Notes: a model not told the origin generated them from the sequence alone. 40,786 bases of DNA from Helicobacter sp. (GCA_029264655.1 JARHZY010000163.1:1-40786); one strand, 5' to 3'; counted from the stretch's first letter, positions 1 through 10,353 are shown. Translations and numbers: made by a program.

Positions 1-1
1 C

Positions 2-607
2 ACAAGTATTGGCACAATGCTTGGGGATTCAGGTGAGGTTGCAAAACAGCTTGGGCATAATGCTGACCAATTATTTAGCATGGTGCAAAATCTAATTGCA
101 ACTTCACAATCTCAAGTTACATCATTACAAGAAAATACAAAATCAGTAGAGCATATTAATAATTCAATGCAACATATTGAAGACTCTATGGGAGAACTAA
201 CAAGAGAAGCCGATGAGATTAAATCAGTTATAAATATTATTAAGGATATTGCTGACCAGACAAACTTACTCGCCTTAAATGCCGCTATTGAAGCAGCAAG
301 GGCAGGAGAGCATGGTAGAGGTTTTGCAGTCGTTGCTGATGAGGTAAGAAACTTAGCAGAGCGTACAAATAAATCTCTAGGTGAAATTGAACAAAATGCA
401 AATGCACTGATAAATTCAGTGAATGATATGTCGCAATCTATTAAAGAGCAAACACGAAGTATTGCCCACATTAGCGATATTACAAATCAATTAGAATCTA
501 TTACACAAGAAAATGCAGCAATTGCAAGTCAAACTGATGCAGTTGCTCAAAATATGCAAAACATAGTGCAAAATATTGTAGAAGATTCTAAAAAACATAA
601 ATTTTAA
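2..607 (+). CDS. Methyl-accepting chemotaxis protein, C-terminal signalling domain (5' truncated by window edge)
   Basis: Frame open from base 2; hallmark MCP hairpin [40 protein letters not shown]. Confidence 0.96.
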   Translation, partial: TSIGTMLGDSGEVAKQLGHNADQLFSMVQNLIATSQSQVTSLQENTKSVEHINNSMQHIEDSMGELTREADEIKSVINIIKDIADQTNLLALNAAIEAARAGEHGRGFAVVADEVRNLAERTNKSLGEIEQNANALINSVNDMSQSIKEQTRSIAHISDITNQLESITQENAAIASQTDAVAQNMQNIVQNIVEDSKKHKF

Positions 608-624
608 TATCATTACATAAAGAA

Positions 625-656
625 AAAGCACAATAACGCTTTGTTTATTGTGCTTT
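625..656 (+). terminator. Intrinsic terminator-like hairpin after the MCP gene
   Basis: Perfect 12-bp inverted repeat AAAGCACAATAA (625-636) / TTATTGTGCTTT (645-656), 8-nt loop, starting 18 nt after the stop. Confidence 0.75.
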
Positions 657-701
657 ATAGCATTGTTTGTAAAAGATATAAACCTACCAATAAAACACCA
701 C

Positions 702-781
702 AAAGAATTTGAAAAACTAAAAAAGAAATCAAAAGTAATCCTGCTATGCTTCATAAAGAATACTATAAGGAGAGAAAATAA
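702..781 (+). pseudogene. Putative eroded 3' tail of a polymorphic toxin gene
   Basis: Reads KEFEKLK, then after a frameshift in A6 (719-724) KEIKSNPAMLHKEYYKERK-stop; the TAA (779-781) overlaps the immunity gene ATG (TAATG). Confidence 0.4.
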
Positions 782-1344
782 TGAAATATTATAAAATGAT
801 GTATAACTATAATCATAATGATGTGGATAATTGGTGCTCTTGTGATCTCGTAGATATAAAAAATAATGATGAATATGCACTTTTAGAATCTAAACCTATT
901 ACAAATTGGCAAACACCTACATTTGAAATCGATAAAGATGAAGGAAACATGCTAACTGATCTTATACACAATGACTATGGTTGGCGTATAGTCTCTCCTA
1001 AATTTATGAATTTAATGCAAGATTTAATTAAAGATTGTGTGCAATATTTGGATGTAGAAATTAAAAGTCAGGAAATAAATTATTATGATTGTAAAGTTAT
1101 GCATGTAACAAAATCACTTGAGGCTTTAGATTATGAACATTCTGTATATACTTATATGGGTGATAATGATGAATATTTAAGTATTACTAAAGCTGCTTTA
1201 AGAAAATCAAAACTTGATGGAAGTCATATATTTAGAATTAAAGATGATGAAATACCTGTTTTTGTATCTAGTGAATTTAAAAAAAGAGTGAGAGAAAACA
1301 ATTTATTAGGATTTAGTTTTAGTGAAGTGTATGCGTATGTATAA
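781..1344 (+). CDS. Imm11/DUF1629-like immunity protein
   Basis: 187 aa, acidic; pattern DLIHNDYGWRIVSPKF...VQYLDV...LEALDYEHS...HIFRI...VFVSSEFKKRVRENNLLGFSF typical of Imm11; AAGGAG RBS. Confidence 0.75.
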   Translation: MKYYKMMYNYNHNDVDNWCSCDLVDIKNNDEYALLESKPITNWQTPTFEIDKDEGNMLTDLIHNDYGWRIVSPKFMNLMQDLIKDCVQYLDVEIKSQEINYYDCKVMHVTKSLEALDYEHSVYTYMGDNDEYLSITKAALRKSKLDGSHIFRIKDDEIPVFVSSEFKKRVRENNLLGFSFSEVYAYV

Positions 1345-1450
1345 GAAAGAATAAGTATAGCTATTTATAAATCTCAAAAATGAAACTTAGAGGATAAAAT
1401 AGTTTATATAGAATATTGCTATTGTATTACTAGGAATAAGGAGGTATCTT

Positions 1451-2317
1451 ATGTATGATTTTAAGACATTATTACATATATTTATGGCAGTGGATTGGCA
1501 GATAAATAAAGCTGCTATATTGCGTTATACACATGGATTTTGTTATTTTCATGCAATGCAGTCTTTACCCGATATAAAAGCACAAGGACTTTTTGGCGTG
1601 CAAGAACATTATGAAATCTTGGCAACAAATACATACAATTTTTGCGAACATAAGCATGCTACAAATGCACTTTTATGGGGTGCAAGAGGTTGTGGCAAAA
1701 GCTCTATTGTTAAAGCTGTATGCTCTACTTACACACATTTATATCAGTCTTTACGCATTTTAGAAATTGAAAGCAAAGATATTGCGATATTGCCACTTTT
1801 ATTTGATTGCATGCGTCAGCTTGATTATGATTTTATTGTATGTTGTGATGATCTTACTTTTGCTTCTCATGAATCTATATATCATGGATTAAAAAGTGTG
1901 ATTGATGGTTCTATAGAACAACAAGCAACAAATATTATAATCTATGCTACTTCCAATCTCCGCCATCTTATGCCAGAATATACAGATGCACATATACTAC
2001 ATACGCAAGATTCTATACATGAAACCCTTGCATTAAGCGATAGATTCCCCTTAAAGATTGGTTTTTATGATAATGGGCAAAAAGAGTATTTGCAAGTTTT
2101 AGATTATATTATACAGCAAGAAAATAATCCATTATCACCAGAGATATGCAAATATGTAATGCAGGCAATTCAGCAAGATTCACTGAATTTTGCCACAAAA
2201 ATTGGCAATAGAAATCCACGCACAGCAAAAAACTATTATATGATTCACCATGCTAAAATTATGCAGCTTATAGCAGCATACAAAGAGGAAACAAAACATA
2301 CTCTAGATTCTATATAG
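1451..2317 (+). CDS. DUF815 family AAA+ ATPase
   Basis: NALLWGARGCGKSS Walker A, CDDLTF Walker B, LKSVIDGSIE, IYATSNLRHL, LALSDRF; AAGGAGG RBS. Confidence 0.88.
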   Translation: MYDFKTLLHIFMAVDWQINKAAILRYTHGFCYFHAMQSLPDIKAQGLFGVQEHYEILATNTYNFCEHKHATNALLWGARGCGKSSIVKAVCSTYTHLYQSLRILEIESKDIAILPLLFDCMRQLDYDFIVCCDDLTFASHESIYHGLKSVIDGSIEQQATNIIIYATSNLRHLMPEYTDAHILHTQDSIHETLALSDRFPLKIGFYDNGQKEYLQVLDYIIQQENNPLSPEICKYVMQAIQQDSLNFATKIGNRNPRTAKNYYMIHHAKIMQLIAAYKEETKHTLDSI

Positions 2318-2348
2318 AATCTGATATTATATTTGCAAGGAAATTATT

Positions 2349-3206
2349 ATGCATATGCCATTTTTTACAAGCAAAGAAAGTCGATTATTCCGTGATAGCC
2401 CACTACATTTTGTGCTAACAAATCGCTATCATGGCATAAGCTTACCTCCATACCAAAGCCTTAATTTAGCTTATCATGTTGATGATATACCTACATATGT
2501 AACACACAATAGGAATTATATTATGCAACAATACTATAATAATAAAACATTGCTTTACCTTGACCAAATCCATTCTACCACAATTTTTACAACATATGCA
2601 TATAGTAAAACAAATATAGATTCAATACCACATATATATAATATGGGGCATACAAAACCACAACAAAGTTATAATATACACGCCCATAAGCATGCACAAT
2701 ACCACGAAATGCTTGTAGGTAAAGGTGATGGTATTATTTGCAACACACCGCATTTTACCCTTATGAGTATGGTTGCAGACTGCAATCCGATTTTAGTATA
2801 TGCCCCATCACATAATGTATTTGCATTGCTGCATGCTGGTAGGCTTGGAGTATGCCATAAGATTCTCACACATGCCATTATGTTGCTTATAAAGCATTAT
2901 GCAGTAGATATACATGATATACTTATATTTATTGGGGCTTCTATACGCAAATGTTGTTATGCTATTGGGAGTGATTTAGCAATGCAAATAGCAAACAAAC
3001 ATGGCAAGCAATATATTATAAAAGTATCTGATACTTATAAACTTGATATGCTCGGGCTTTTATATAGTGAATTAATGGCACTTGGTATTACACCATCACA
3101 AGTAGAAACACATCCAAGTTGCACATGCTGTGATAGCACATATTTTTCTTATCGCCGTGAAGCAACAACAGGACGTTTTGGGCTTTTTGCAAGTCTTATG
3201 CATTAG
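2349..3206 (+). CDS. pgeF: YfiH/PgeF family purine nucleoside phosphorylase (laccase-domain protein)
   Basis: SLNLAYHV, QIHS, ADCNPIL, HAGRLG, CTCC...FSYRR...GRF motifs. Confidence 0.9.
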   Translation: MHMPFFTSKESRLFRDSPLHFVLTNRYHGISLPPYQSLNLAYHVDDIPTYVTHNRNYIMQQYYNNKTLLYLDQIHSTTIFTTYAYSKTNIDSIPHIYNMGHTKPQQSYNIHAHKHAQYHEMLVGKGDGIICNTPHFTLMSMVADCNPILVYAPSHNVFALLHAGRLGVCHKILTHAIMLLIKHYAVDIHDILIFIGASIRKCCYAIGSDLAMQIANKHGKQYIIKVSDTYKLDMLGLLYSELMALGITPSQVETHPSCTCCDSTYFSYRREATTGRFGLFASLMH

Positions 3207-3545
3207 ATACAAATTATATCTACATGTTAATATATAAAATGGCAAGCACACAAAATAATTATATATTATTTTTTCAATGCCAAACACTCTCTAATGCACT
3301 ATAATTTTCTAAGACACTTATCTGTCGTGCAATATATAAAGTTTCTTATGTTATCTACAGGCACATATAGCAAGAAATTGCCAATAGTCCCTAACACCAT
3401 CAAATATAATATGCTACTTCAAAATTATTAGAATTAATAAATCCTATTGCCTACCTTAGAATCATTGCATTAACTAATACCTTACTAGCTATCCTATATA
3501 TAAAACTCCATATAAGGCAAAATCCCATGCAACAAAAAGTATAAA

Positions 3546-4588
3546 CTATTTTCTACTCTCAAAGGATTTAATAATATTGTCTTTTAGATTATAAATATCT
3601 TCTAGCTTGCTTATGCTTTCACTTTGCCCATCAGGAAAACTTACACTTTTCTTTGATGAGTTAAAATATAATCTGCAAATCCATTTTGTAACCTTATTTT
3701 GATACAAGATTCCAAAATAACTTAATGTATCTTTATAGGATATATCATCAAGATTAGCCCCTGCATTTGCCAATATTGACTTGACAATATAGAATCCTTG
3801 CAATTCTTCTTCTGTTGTAATGATTTCTTTGCTATCATCAATATATTCTTCATTTTCATCATCATTAATACTTTGCAAGTTGTTTTTAATATTTGTTATT
3901 TTATCATAAGCAAGATCATTTATAATTTCTTTAAAAGATTTTTTGATGTGTGTTTTGAATTCCTCTAAAACGGCATTTGTCATTCTTTTATTAGTGATTT
4001 GCTTTGCAAAAAAACTTGTAAATTCATCGCTAGGGTTTTCAATTTCACTTTTAAAAATCTCTTGTATGTTGCGGTAGCATTTTTTCTCCATTGCAACGCT
4101 TAAGATTTCATCTAAATTTAAATCAGAGCAAATAAAACGTTTTAAGTCTTTTAAATCTCTAGGTTTTAATTTTTCAAGATTAATAACTAAAAATGGAACT
4201 TTATCCATTAAATTTGATTGCTCAATATCAGTAAAAAACGATATTCAATACCATTTGTAAGAATAGCAAATTTAATGCTTGGGTCTGTATTAAAATATCT
4301 AACAAGTTGGTTATTATGATTATCAAGGTTTTCTGTATGGTTTTTGGCTTCGATTAAAATAAATGGTTTTGAATCTTTAAAGATTGCATAATCTACTTTT
4401 TCACCTCTTTTTGTGCCAATATCTGCAGTATATTCAGGCATAACAACCATAGGGTTAAAAACATCATAACCTAAAGCTTTTAAAAATGGCATGATAAAAG
4501 TCATTTTTGTAGCTTCTTCTGTATTAACAAGTGCTTTTCTTTCTGCGATGGTTTCACAAATTGCGTTAATTTGGTTTTCAAAACTCAT
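3546..4588 (-). pseudogene. HsdR N-terminal (type I restriction R-subunit-like) nuclease domain protein, split by a 1-nt frameshift
   Basis: TEEATKMTFIMPFLKALGYDVFNP...EY...GEKVDYAI...IEAK...QLVRYF...ILTNGIEYRF. One extra T in the T6 run (plus-strand A6, 4233-4238) gives RFFTDIEQSNLMDKVPF and joins ORFs 4208..4588 and 3546..4208. Confidence 0.85.
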
Positions 4589-4808
4589 GGTATATCCCCA
4601 ATAATAAAAATGCCTATACCATAAAATATGAGTTTATACAATACCACACAATGTTTATATGCCAGCACTCATTTTATCTACTCTTAAAGTATTGGGTTAT
4701 ATAAATATATTTTTTAATATAAATTAAGATAGTTTGTTAAAGCAATAAATATAATTTCTTATTTTATATACTTTGATAATGCAATAAAAATTCCATGCAT
4801 TCACTATA

Positions 4809-6806
4809 TTATGATGCACTATCTTTGGTATTTTCAATAGCATTTTCTAGAATCTTTGTGCCAATTTTGAGTGTTTGACGCAAATCCATAATATCTCGAA
4901 TCCTATTACGCACAATCTTTTCATTTTTCTTTGTTTCTTGCAAAAGCTGGTTTGGGATAGAATCAAAATGAGTATGTGCTGCTGGCAAGGAACAAAAGAT
5001 TTGCTCAATTACTTGGGGTAAAATCTCTAAAATGCAATCTTGCAAAAATACTCTATCAATAGGTGCTAAATCCACTCTTTTTGCTTGTTTAACAAGGGCT
5101 TTGTTAGCATGGAATTTTTGCTCTATGCGTAAAATCACGCACTCAAGTAACATTGTTTTGGTAGCTTGCACCCATACACTTAAAGTTGTGATGTTTGTAT
5201 GTGCTTGCATTACAAAATCATTCATAATATTATTATGTTGCTTTGTAAAATTATGAAAAACTCCAAGCTGAAATTCTTCAAGATTAATATAGCAATCCAT
5301 ACTAATATAGGCTGGTTTTTTTTGCAATATAAGACGATGTCCTTGTGCTATCCAATCATGTAATACTTGTCCAAATGTCTGCATCATATCTTGCACACTT
5401 TGTGCTATATATGAATCAAGACGCGTAAGCTTTGTAAGTAAGCTTTTATTTTTACGCACTAAAAGACTTTTAGAATCTTCTATTTCTTTTAGTAGTTCTT
5501 TATGGTGGAGTTGAAAACTTTCATAAACAATGCGGCGGTTTGTAATTAAGTCAAAAAATTTAGGTTGATTGGGACGCGTTTTTATTTTGATAATTTCAAT
5601 ATTATCAAGCACACTTTCTACAATGCTATCAAAATATTTTTTTAATCCTTTTGAAATAGTAACAAATATTTCACGATTATATTCAGCAATAAGTTGCTTT
5701 GTCTTTGCAATCAATGTTTCATTTGCTTTATGATACATTAAATCAAGTTTTTTGTAATGCTCAAAAATAATTTTATAATGTTTATCTATATTTTTATTCT
5801 TTTCAAACGCATTTTTAAGGATTGTAACACCCCGCTTTGATTTGGCGATTTGCAAAGCAGTTTGCAAACTATCTGCAATATCTTGCATAATTGTGTTTTG
5901 CAATGTAGCTTGTTTTGTCGTATCTTTTTGGGCATAATAAGATTCTATAAGTGCTTTTGTTTGGTCAAGTGAGGTTATAATGCTCTCCATAGGACGTGCT
6001 TTGTTTGTTAGCTGTTGTTTATATAATGTGCCAATAATTTTACACAAGGCAAACTTCTCTTCAAGCCTATAAGCTTCGAGAAGATTTCCAAGATGCATAT
6101 CATAGAGTGCATGGAGATTAAATTGGGAATCAAGCTGTTTGCGTTGGGTTGATATTTGCTCTAATACCTCATGATCCTCTTTTTCTTTATCATCATAACA
6201 AAGTATAGCAATGGTTGGTTTCTTTTTTATAATCTTTAAAAGCTCTTCTTTTTTTAATTTTTTTGGTTTGTTAAGCAACCATATTATACAATCAGAATCT
6301 TTAAGCACATTTAATGTTTTTTTATCGCTAAAATCATTTTCTTTTACAATCATACATTCTTGTAATAATGGCGATGGAGTAAATATTTCAAAATACTCAA
6401 TTTCTTCTAAATGGCTTGATGTGCAATCAAGTGTATGCAAACTGATATTTGCACTTCCATTTTTATAGTGTGCTTTAGTAAAAAAATAAGGGGCAAAATG
6501 AATGACAAACTTCTTTTGTGCAAGTCCATTATGCAGGGGTATAAGAGAATCTTTAAAAAGCACATTAAGCAAAGTAATCATAGAGAGATGGCAATCTCCT
6601 ATGAGTTGCACGCATAATGGATTTTTATAATATCCGCGTAGCTGCTTATAATATTGTTTTATTTCTAGGGTTGGGTGTAGCTTTGGTGTATTGATAATTT
6701 TTTCGGCTTGCTTAATCTCTTGTAAGATATCACCCGTGTTTTCTTTGCTTAAATTTTTATAATACAAATCATCATATTCTTGTATAAATTGTGTTAATAG
6801 ATTCAT
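4809..6806 (-). CDS. Dynamin-like protein 2 (Cj-DLP2-like) with degenerate GTPase motifs
   Basis: N-terminus NLLTQFIQEYDDLY; P-loop-position segment VQLIGDCHLSMITLLNVLF; IFTPSPLL before the G3 position; long helical C-terminal stalk; ATGA overlap with the upstream DLP1-like gene. Confidence 0.65.
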   Translation of the reverse strand: MNLLTQFIQEYDDLYYKNLSKENTGDILQEIKQAEKIINTPKLHPTLEIKQYYKQLRGYYKNPLCVQLIGDCHLSMITLLNVLFKDSLIPLHNGLAQKKFVIHFAPYFFTKAHYKNGSANISLHTLDCTSSHLEEIEYFEIFTPSPLLQECMIVKENDFSDKKTLNVLKDSDCIIWLLNKPKKLKKEELLKIIKKKPTIAILCYDDKEKEDHEVLEQISTQRKQLDSQFNLHALYDMHLGNLLEAYRLEEKFALCKIIGTLYKQQLTNKARPMESIITSLDQTKALIESYYAQKDTTKQATLQNTIMQDIADSLQTALQIAKSKRGVTILKNAFEKNKNIDKHYKIIFEHYKKLDLMYHKANETLIAKTKQLIAEYNREIFVTISKGLKKYFDSIVESVLDNIEIIKIKTRPNQPKFFDLITNRRIVYESFQLHHKELLKEIEDSKSLLVRKNKSLLTKLTRLDSYIAQSVQDMMQTFGQVLHDWIAQGHRLILQKKPAYISMDCYINLEEFQLGVFHNFTKQHNNIMNDFVMQAHTNITTLSVWVQATKTMLLECVILRIEQKFHANKALVKQAKRVDLAPIDRVFLQDCILEILPQVIEQIFCSLPAAHTHFDSIPNQLLQETKKNEKIVRNRIRDIMDLRQTLKIGTKILENAIENTKDSAS

Positions 6807-9130
6807 TGTTGTCCCCCATGCACAAGCATTGTAATTAATGTATCAAATTCTTCTATTGCATAACTTTTAGAATCATTAAAATATTCAATAAAACAAGATT
6901 CCAAAATATATTCAAGTTGTTGCAATTGCGTGTGGAAAAGATTTATTTTGTTATGAAAAAGTGTATTAATATTACGCTCTAAAAGTAAAAAATAATAATC
7001 AAAACTTTCTTTTAATGGCACAATAACAGAATCTTCTTGTATCTCTGTTTTTTTAATGGTGTTAGGCAATAAAATATCAAGCCGATAGGAAAGATGCTCA
7101 ACTACAATTGTGTTGCTATCACCAAAAAAATCTGTTTGGATATTAGTCTTATATTGCATAAAAATAAGCTCCAAAATTTTTTTATGCTGTTTGGTTGTTG
7201 CAAAGTTTGCAAGCGATTGTGTATTGTTTGGTTGCAACAAAGTTGTAATCTCATGGATCTCGCGTATAGCAAAAAAATGTTTATGTAATATTTGGGCAAG
7301 CTCACGCAGTCCAACAATAAGACTTTGTATCATAGAAGTTTTTAATTTTTGCATATCAATATTGCCACGTTTTTTTGTTTCATAATTGAGTGCTTGTATA
7401 AATTGGGCATAGAGATTATCGCGTAAATTTGTGAAAGCATCATAAAATGAATAGTATTGTGCTGGAAGTTTTTTTAATATTGCTTGCGATAAAGCTTTGA
7501 TATGATTAATTTGCAAACGTACTGCATCTTGGTTGCTAGTTGTATTAGAATCTGTTTGTATTGATTCTGGTGCGATATGGCAAAGCGTCAATATATTTTC
7601 TAACAAGCTTATATTAAAATGCTTTAATGGTTTGCCAAAAACATGTGTAAAAAGTGTGGATTCTAATTCTAAAATACCACTTGTTGCTATATCAAAGCCA
7701 CTTTCAGATGTGCTAGAACCATGGCATCTAATTGCATGGGTAACACCAGCAGTAATAAAATGGAAAGTAAGTTTTTCAAGTTTTTGTTGTTTTTCTTTTT
7801 GTTGGCATGTAAGTCGTTGTTCTATGGTAGTTTGTATTTTTTGGCAAATATTTTGTCGTTTTCTTAATGTCATATTAGCACGATCAATATGCGTTATAAT
7901 AAAATGTATATGCGATATATTAGCTTTATTAATAAGACGCAATAGCACGGCAATTATTTTATCATAAAGAAAAACTAGATTCATTTCATTGTAGCTTGCC
8001 AAATAAAGCACAATATCACTCTTTGCGGTATAATTATATACTTGTAAATGACGAAATGTTTGTGGAATGAGTGATGGTGTGTTAATAAGATGCATAAATT
8101 GCAGGATTTCATAATTTTGTGGCACTATTATATGGTCAGCGATATTGATTTTATTGTTGGGAAAGCAAGAATTATAGAGTTTCTCATACTTCATTTTCTC
8201 ATACCCATGTTTTAAACAATCATGAAAAGTTTGCTGCAATTGCTTGTAGCTATTAGCTATATTAGTAATTGGCGATTCTTGTAAGGATTGTAAATCGCCT
8301 AAGTGCATATATTCTATAGTAGCAAGTGATTTACCATAGCAATATTCAATCGGGGCTTTTGCTTCTAATGGTGTATTAGCTTCTATAGATTTTTTACCAT
8401 CATAAAGCAATGTGGCAATTAGTGTTGATTTACCTGTTTTTTGCCCACCAATCACTACTACCTTTTTTGTAAAATCCTCTTCACAAAGAAAAAGAAGTTT
8501 ATTTGCCCATGTTACTTTTTTCAGAATCTTTTTTGCTCTCACTATAGCATCAATTTGATTTTTTAAAGGCGTTTTTGCAACCGGCAAATGGATAAAAGAA
8601 GTAGCTTTAGAAGCTGCATTATTAAATGCATTTTGCACCTTTGTCAAATCTATTTGCATGGCGGTTTCAATGCATTTTTGTTCATGAAACCCAATAATTC
8701 CTTGTTCTCGCAAAGTCCTTGTATGTTTAGTAATAGCTCGTATTGCTTTAGAATCAATATGGTGTAGAATACTTGCTTGTATGCATTGTATATAATGAAT
8801 ATGATATTTTGCATGTAATGAATGAAAACGCGAGCAAAAAGCTTGGCAAAGCATTGTAAAGCTTGGAATCATCATAAATATTGCAATGTTTTGTTCATTA
8901 CATGCAAGCAATAAAGAACATGCCTCATATACACTAAACGCTTGTGTTTCTTGTGTTGTTTTTAGAGTTTGCAAAGGACTATGTAGAAGTATATAATTTG
9001 GAGATTCTTGCACATAGAGTAAATGGAAAAAAGTTTGCACTCTTTTATTTGGCTCTTGGGCTATTAATGCCAAATAATCATGTAAGATAGCAATATTTTG
9101 TGTATGTTTTTGTTTCTTTTTTGCTTTCAT
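6803..9130 (-). CDS. Dynamin-like protein 1 (Cj-DLP1-like)
   Basis: VVVIGGQKTGKSTLI (G1), LINTPSL (G3 position), FIITHID (G4 position), SGILELESTLF, helical stalk; AAGGA RBS. Confidence 0.78.
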   Translation of the reverse strand: MKAKKKQKHTQNIAILHDYLALIAQEPNKRVQTFFHLLYVQESPNYILLHSPLQTLKTTQETQAFSVYEACSLLLACNEQNIAIFMMIPSFTMLCQAFCSRFHSLHAKYHIHYIQCIQASILHHIDSKAIRAITKHTRTLREQGIIGFHEQKCIETAMQIDLTKVQNAFNNAASKATSFIHLPVAKTPLKNQIDAIVRAKKILKKVTWANKLLFLCEEDFTKKVVVIGGQKTGKSTLIATLLYDGKKSIEANTPLEAKAPIEYCYGKSLATIEYMHLGDLQSLQESPITNIANSYKQLQQTFHDCLKHGYEKMKYEKLYNSCFPNNKINIADHIIVPQNYEILQFMHLINTPSLIPQTFRHLQVYNYTAKSDIVLYLASYNEMNLVFLYDKIIAVLLRLINKANISHIHFIITHIDRANMTLRKRQNICQKIQTTIEQRLTCQQKEKQQKLEKLTFHFITAGVTHAIRCHGSSTSESGFDIATSGILELESTLFTHVFGKPLKHFNISLLENILTLCHIAPESIQTDSNTTSNQDAVRLQINHIKALSQAILKKLPAQYYSFYDAFTNLRDNLYAQFIQALNYETKKRGNIDMQKLKTSMIQSLIVGLRELAQILHKHFFAIREIHEITTLLQPNNTQSLANFATTKQHKKILELIFMQYKTNIQTDFFGDSNTIVVEHLSYRLDILLPNTIKKTEIQEDSVIVPLKESFDYYFLLLERNINTLFHNKINLFHTQLQQLEYILESCFIEYFNDSKSYAIEEFDTLITMLVHGGQQ

Positions 9131-9240
9131 AGTGTTTCATCCTTTGCTCTTTTGTCTATTATATTATGTTTATTTACATAATTGCCAAACTCTAACTTGA
9201 GTGGAAGTAACATAGGGTTATGCAAAATTAGTGAATAGAG

Positions 9241-9537
9241 TTATTCCTCCTGTTGGGCATACAATGTTTGTTGCTGTGCGATTTGCAACATTTGTTCTTG
9301 CGTTTGTAGGGTAATATTAAGTGTTTGTTCAGCAATTTTTATACGCATAATACAATAACGAACAATAGCAGTAAGAAAGATAAAAAAAGCAAAAATACAT
9401 ACAGCAAATAAAATAGCTATAAAAAAATCAGGAGTAACAAGAAAAGTAAGTGTTGCACCAAAGACTGCTACACCAAAAAGAAACCCATAAAAAAACTCCA
9501 TTACTGCTAAAAAGCGTCTCATTTCAGTTTTATGCAT
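9241..9537 (-). CDS. Small membrane protein (2 TM helices), downstream of atpB
   Basis: Two hydrophobic stretches then a Q-rich tail; 12 nt after the atpB stop; start may be the later Met (MRRFL). Confidence 0.75.
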   Translation of the reverse strand: MHKTEMRRFLAVMEFFYGFLFGVAVFGATLTFLVTPDFFIAILFAVCIFAFFIFLTAIVRYCIMRIKIAEQTLNITLQTQEQMLQIAQQQTLYAQQEE

Positions 9538-9549
9538 TTAGCACAACTT

Positions 9550-10230
9550 TTAATGTTCATCATCAAGTAAAACTGCACTTGCTAAATACACATAAGTGAG
9601 AATCATAAAGACAAATGCTTGCAATATTGCCATAAACATAAGGATTCCAAATGGCAAAAGTGGGACAACCCAAGGGACAAGTTGCAACATTACAAGCAAG
9701 AACATATCATCACCGCGTATATTACCAAATAAACGAAAAGATAATGAAATAATACGCGAACAATGTGAAATAATCTCAACAGGGAAAAGTAATGGTGAAA
9801 GCAATTTAATCGGACCTGCAAAATGCCCAAAATACTTAGCAAATCCATTTGCCCTAATACCCTCAAAATGGTAATAAAAAAAGACAACCAAAGCAAGCAC
9901 AAGTGTAAAGCTAATGCTTGCAGTAGGTGCCTCAAAACCCGGTATCATACCTATAACATTACAATAAAATACTAAAACACCTATGGTGCCAGCTAGCGGA
10001 AAATACTTGCGTGCAAGTTTCTCACCCAAAGAATCTTTACCAATATAGAGCATACCCCCAATAATCCACTCATAAAAGTTTTGCATACCAGTTGGCACTG
10101 CTTGCAACTTTCTTACAGCAAACATACTAATACCAATGGTAATAAGTGCACATAAAATTGTGTAAAAAATTGTAATAAATGCGTGATCTGTGCTAATTAA
10201 GCCCGCAAATGTAAAGAGTCTATTTTCCAT
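9550..10230 (-). CDS. atpB: F0F1 ATP synthase subunit a
   Basis: [14 protein letters not shown] and [13 protein letters not shown] motifs; start moved to MENRLF (10230), which has an AAGGA RBS. Confidence 0.97.
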   Translation of the reverse strand: MENRLFTFAGLISTDHAFITIFYTILCALITIGISMFAVRKLQAVPTGMQNFYEWIIGGMLYIGKDSLGEKLARKYFPLAGTIGVLVFYCNVIGMIPGFEAPTASISFTLVLALVVFFYYHFEGIRANGFAKYFGHFAGPIKLLSPLLFPVEIISHCSRIISLSFRLFGNIRGDDMFLLVMLQLVPWVVPLLPFGILMFMAILQAFVFMILTYVYLASAVLLDDEH

Positions 10231-10353
10231 ATTCTGTATCCTTTTGCATTTAACAAACATAAAATAGTTATAATCGTATCCAAAAAACTCTTAAAAATAG
10301 CTAAAAATTCAACAAAATAGCTATGAAGTTTTACAAAAGCATGAAAGTTTTAG

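Noticed and set aside
9550-10230. atpB separated from the rest of the atp operon
   Set aside because: Normal arrangement in Helicobacter and Campylobacter.
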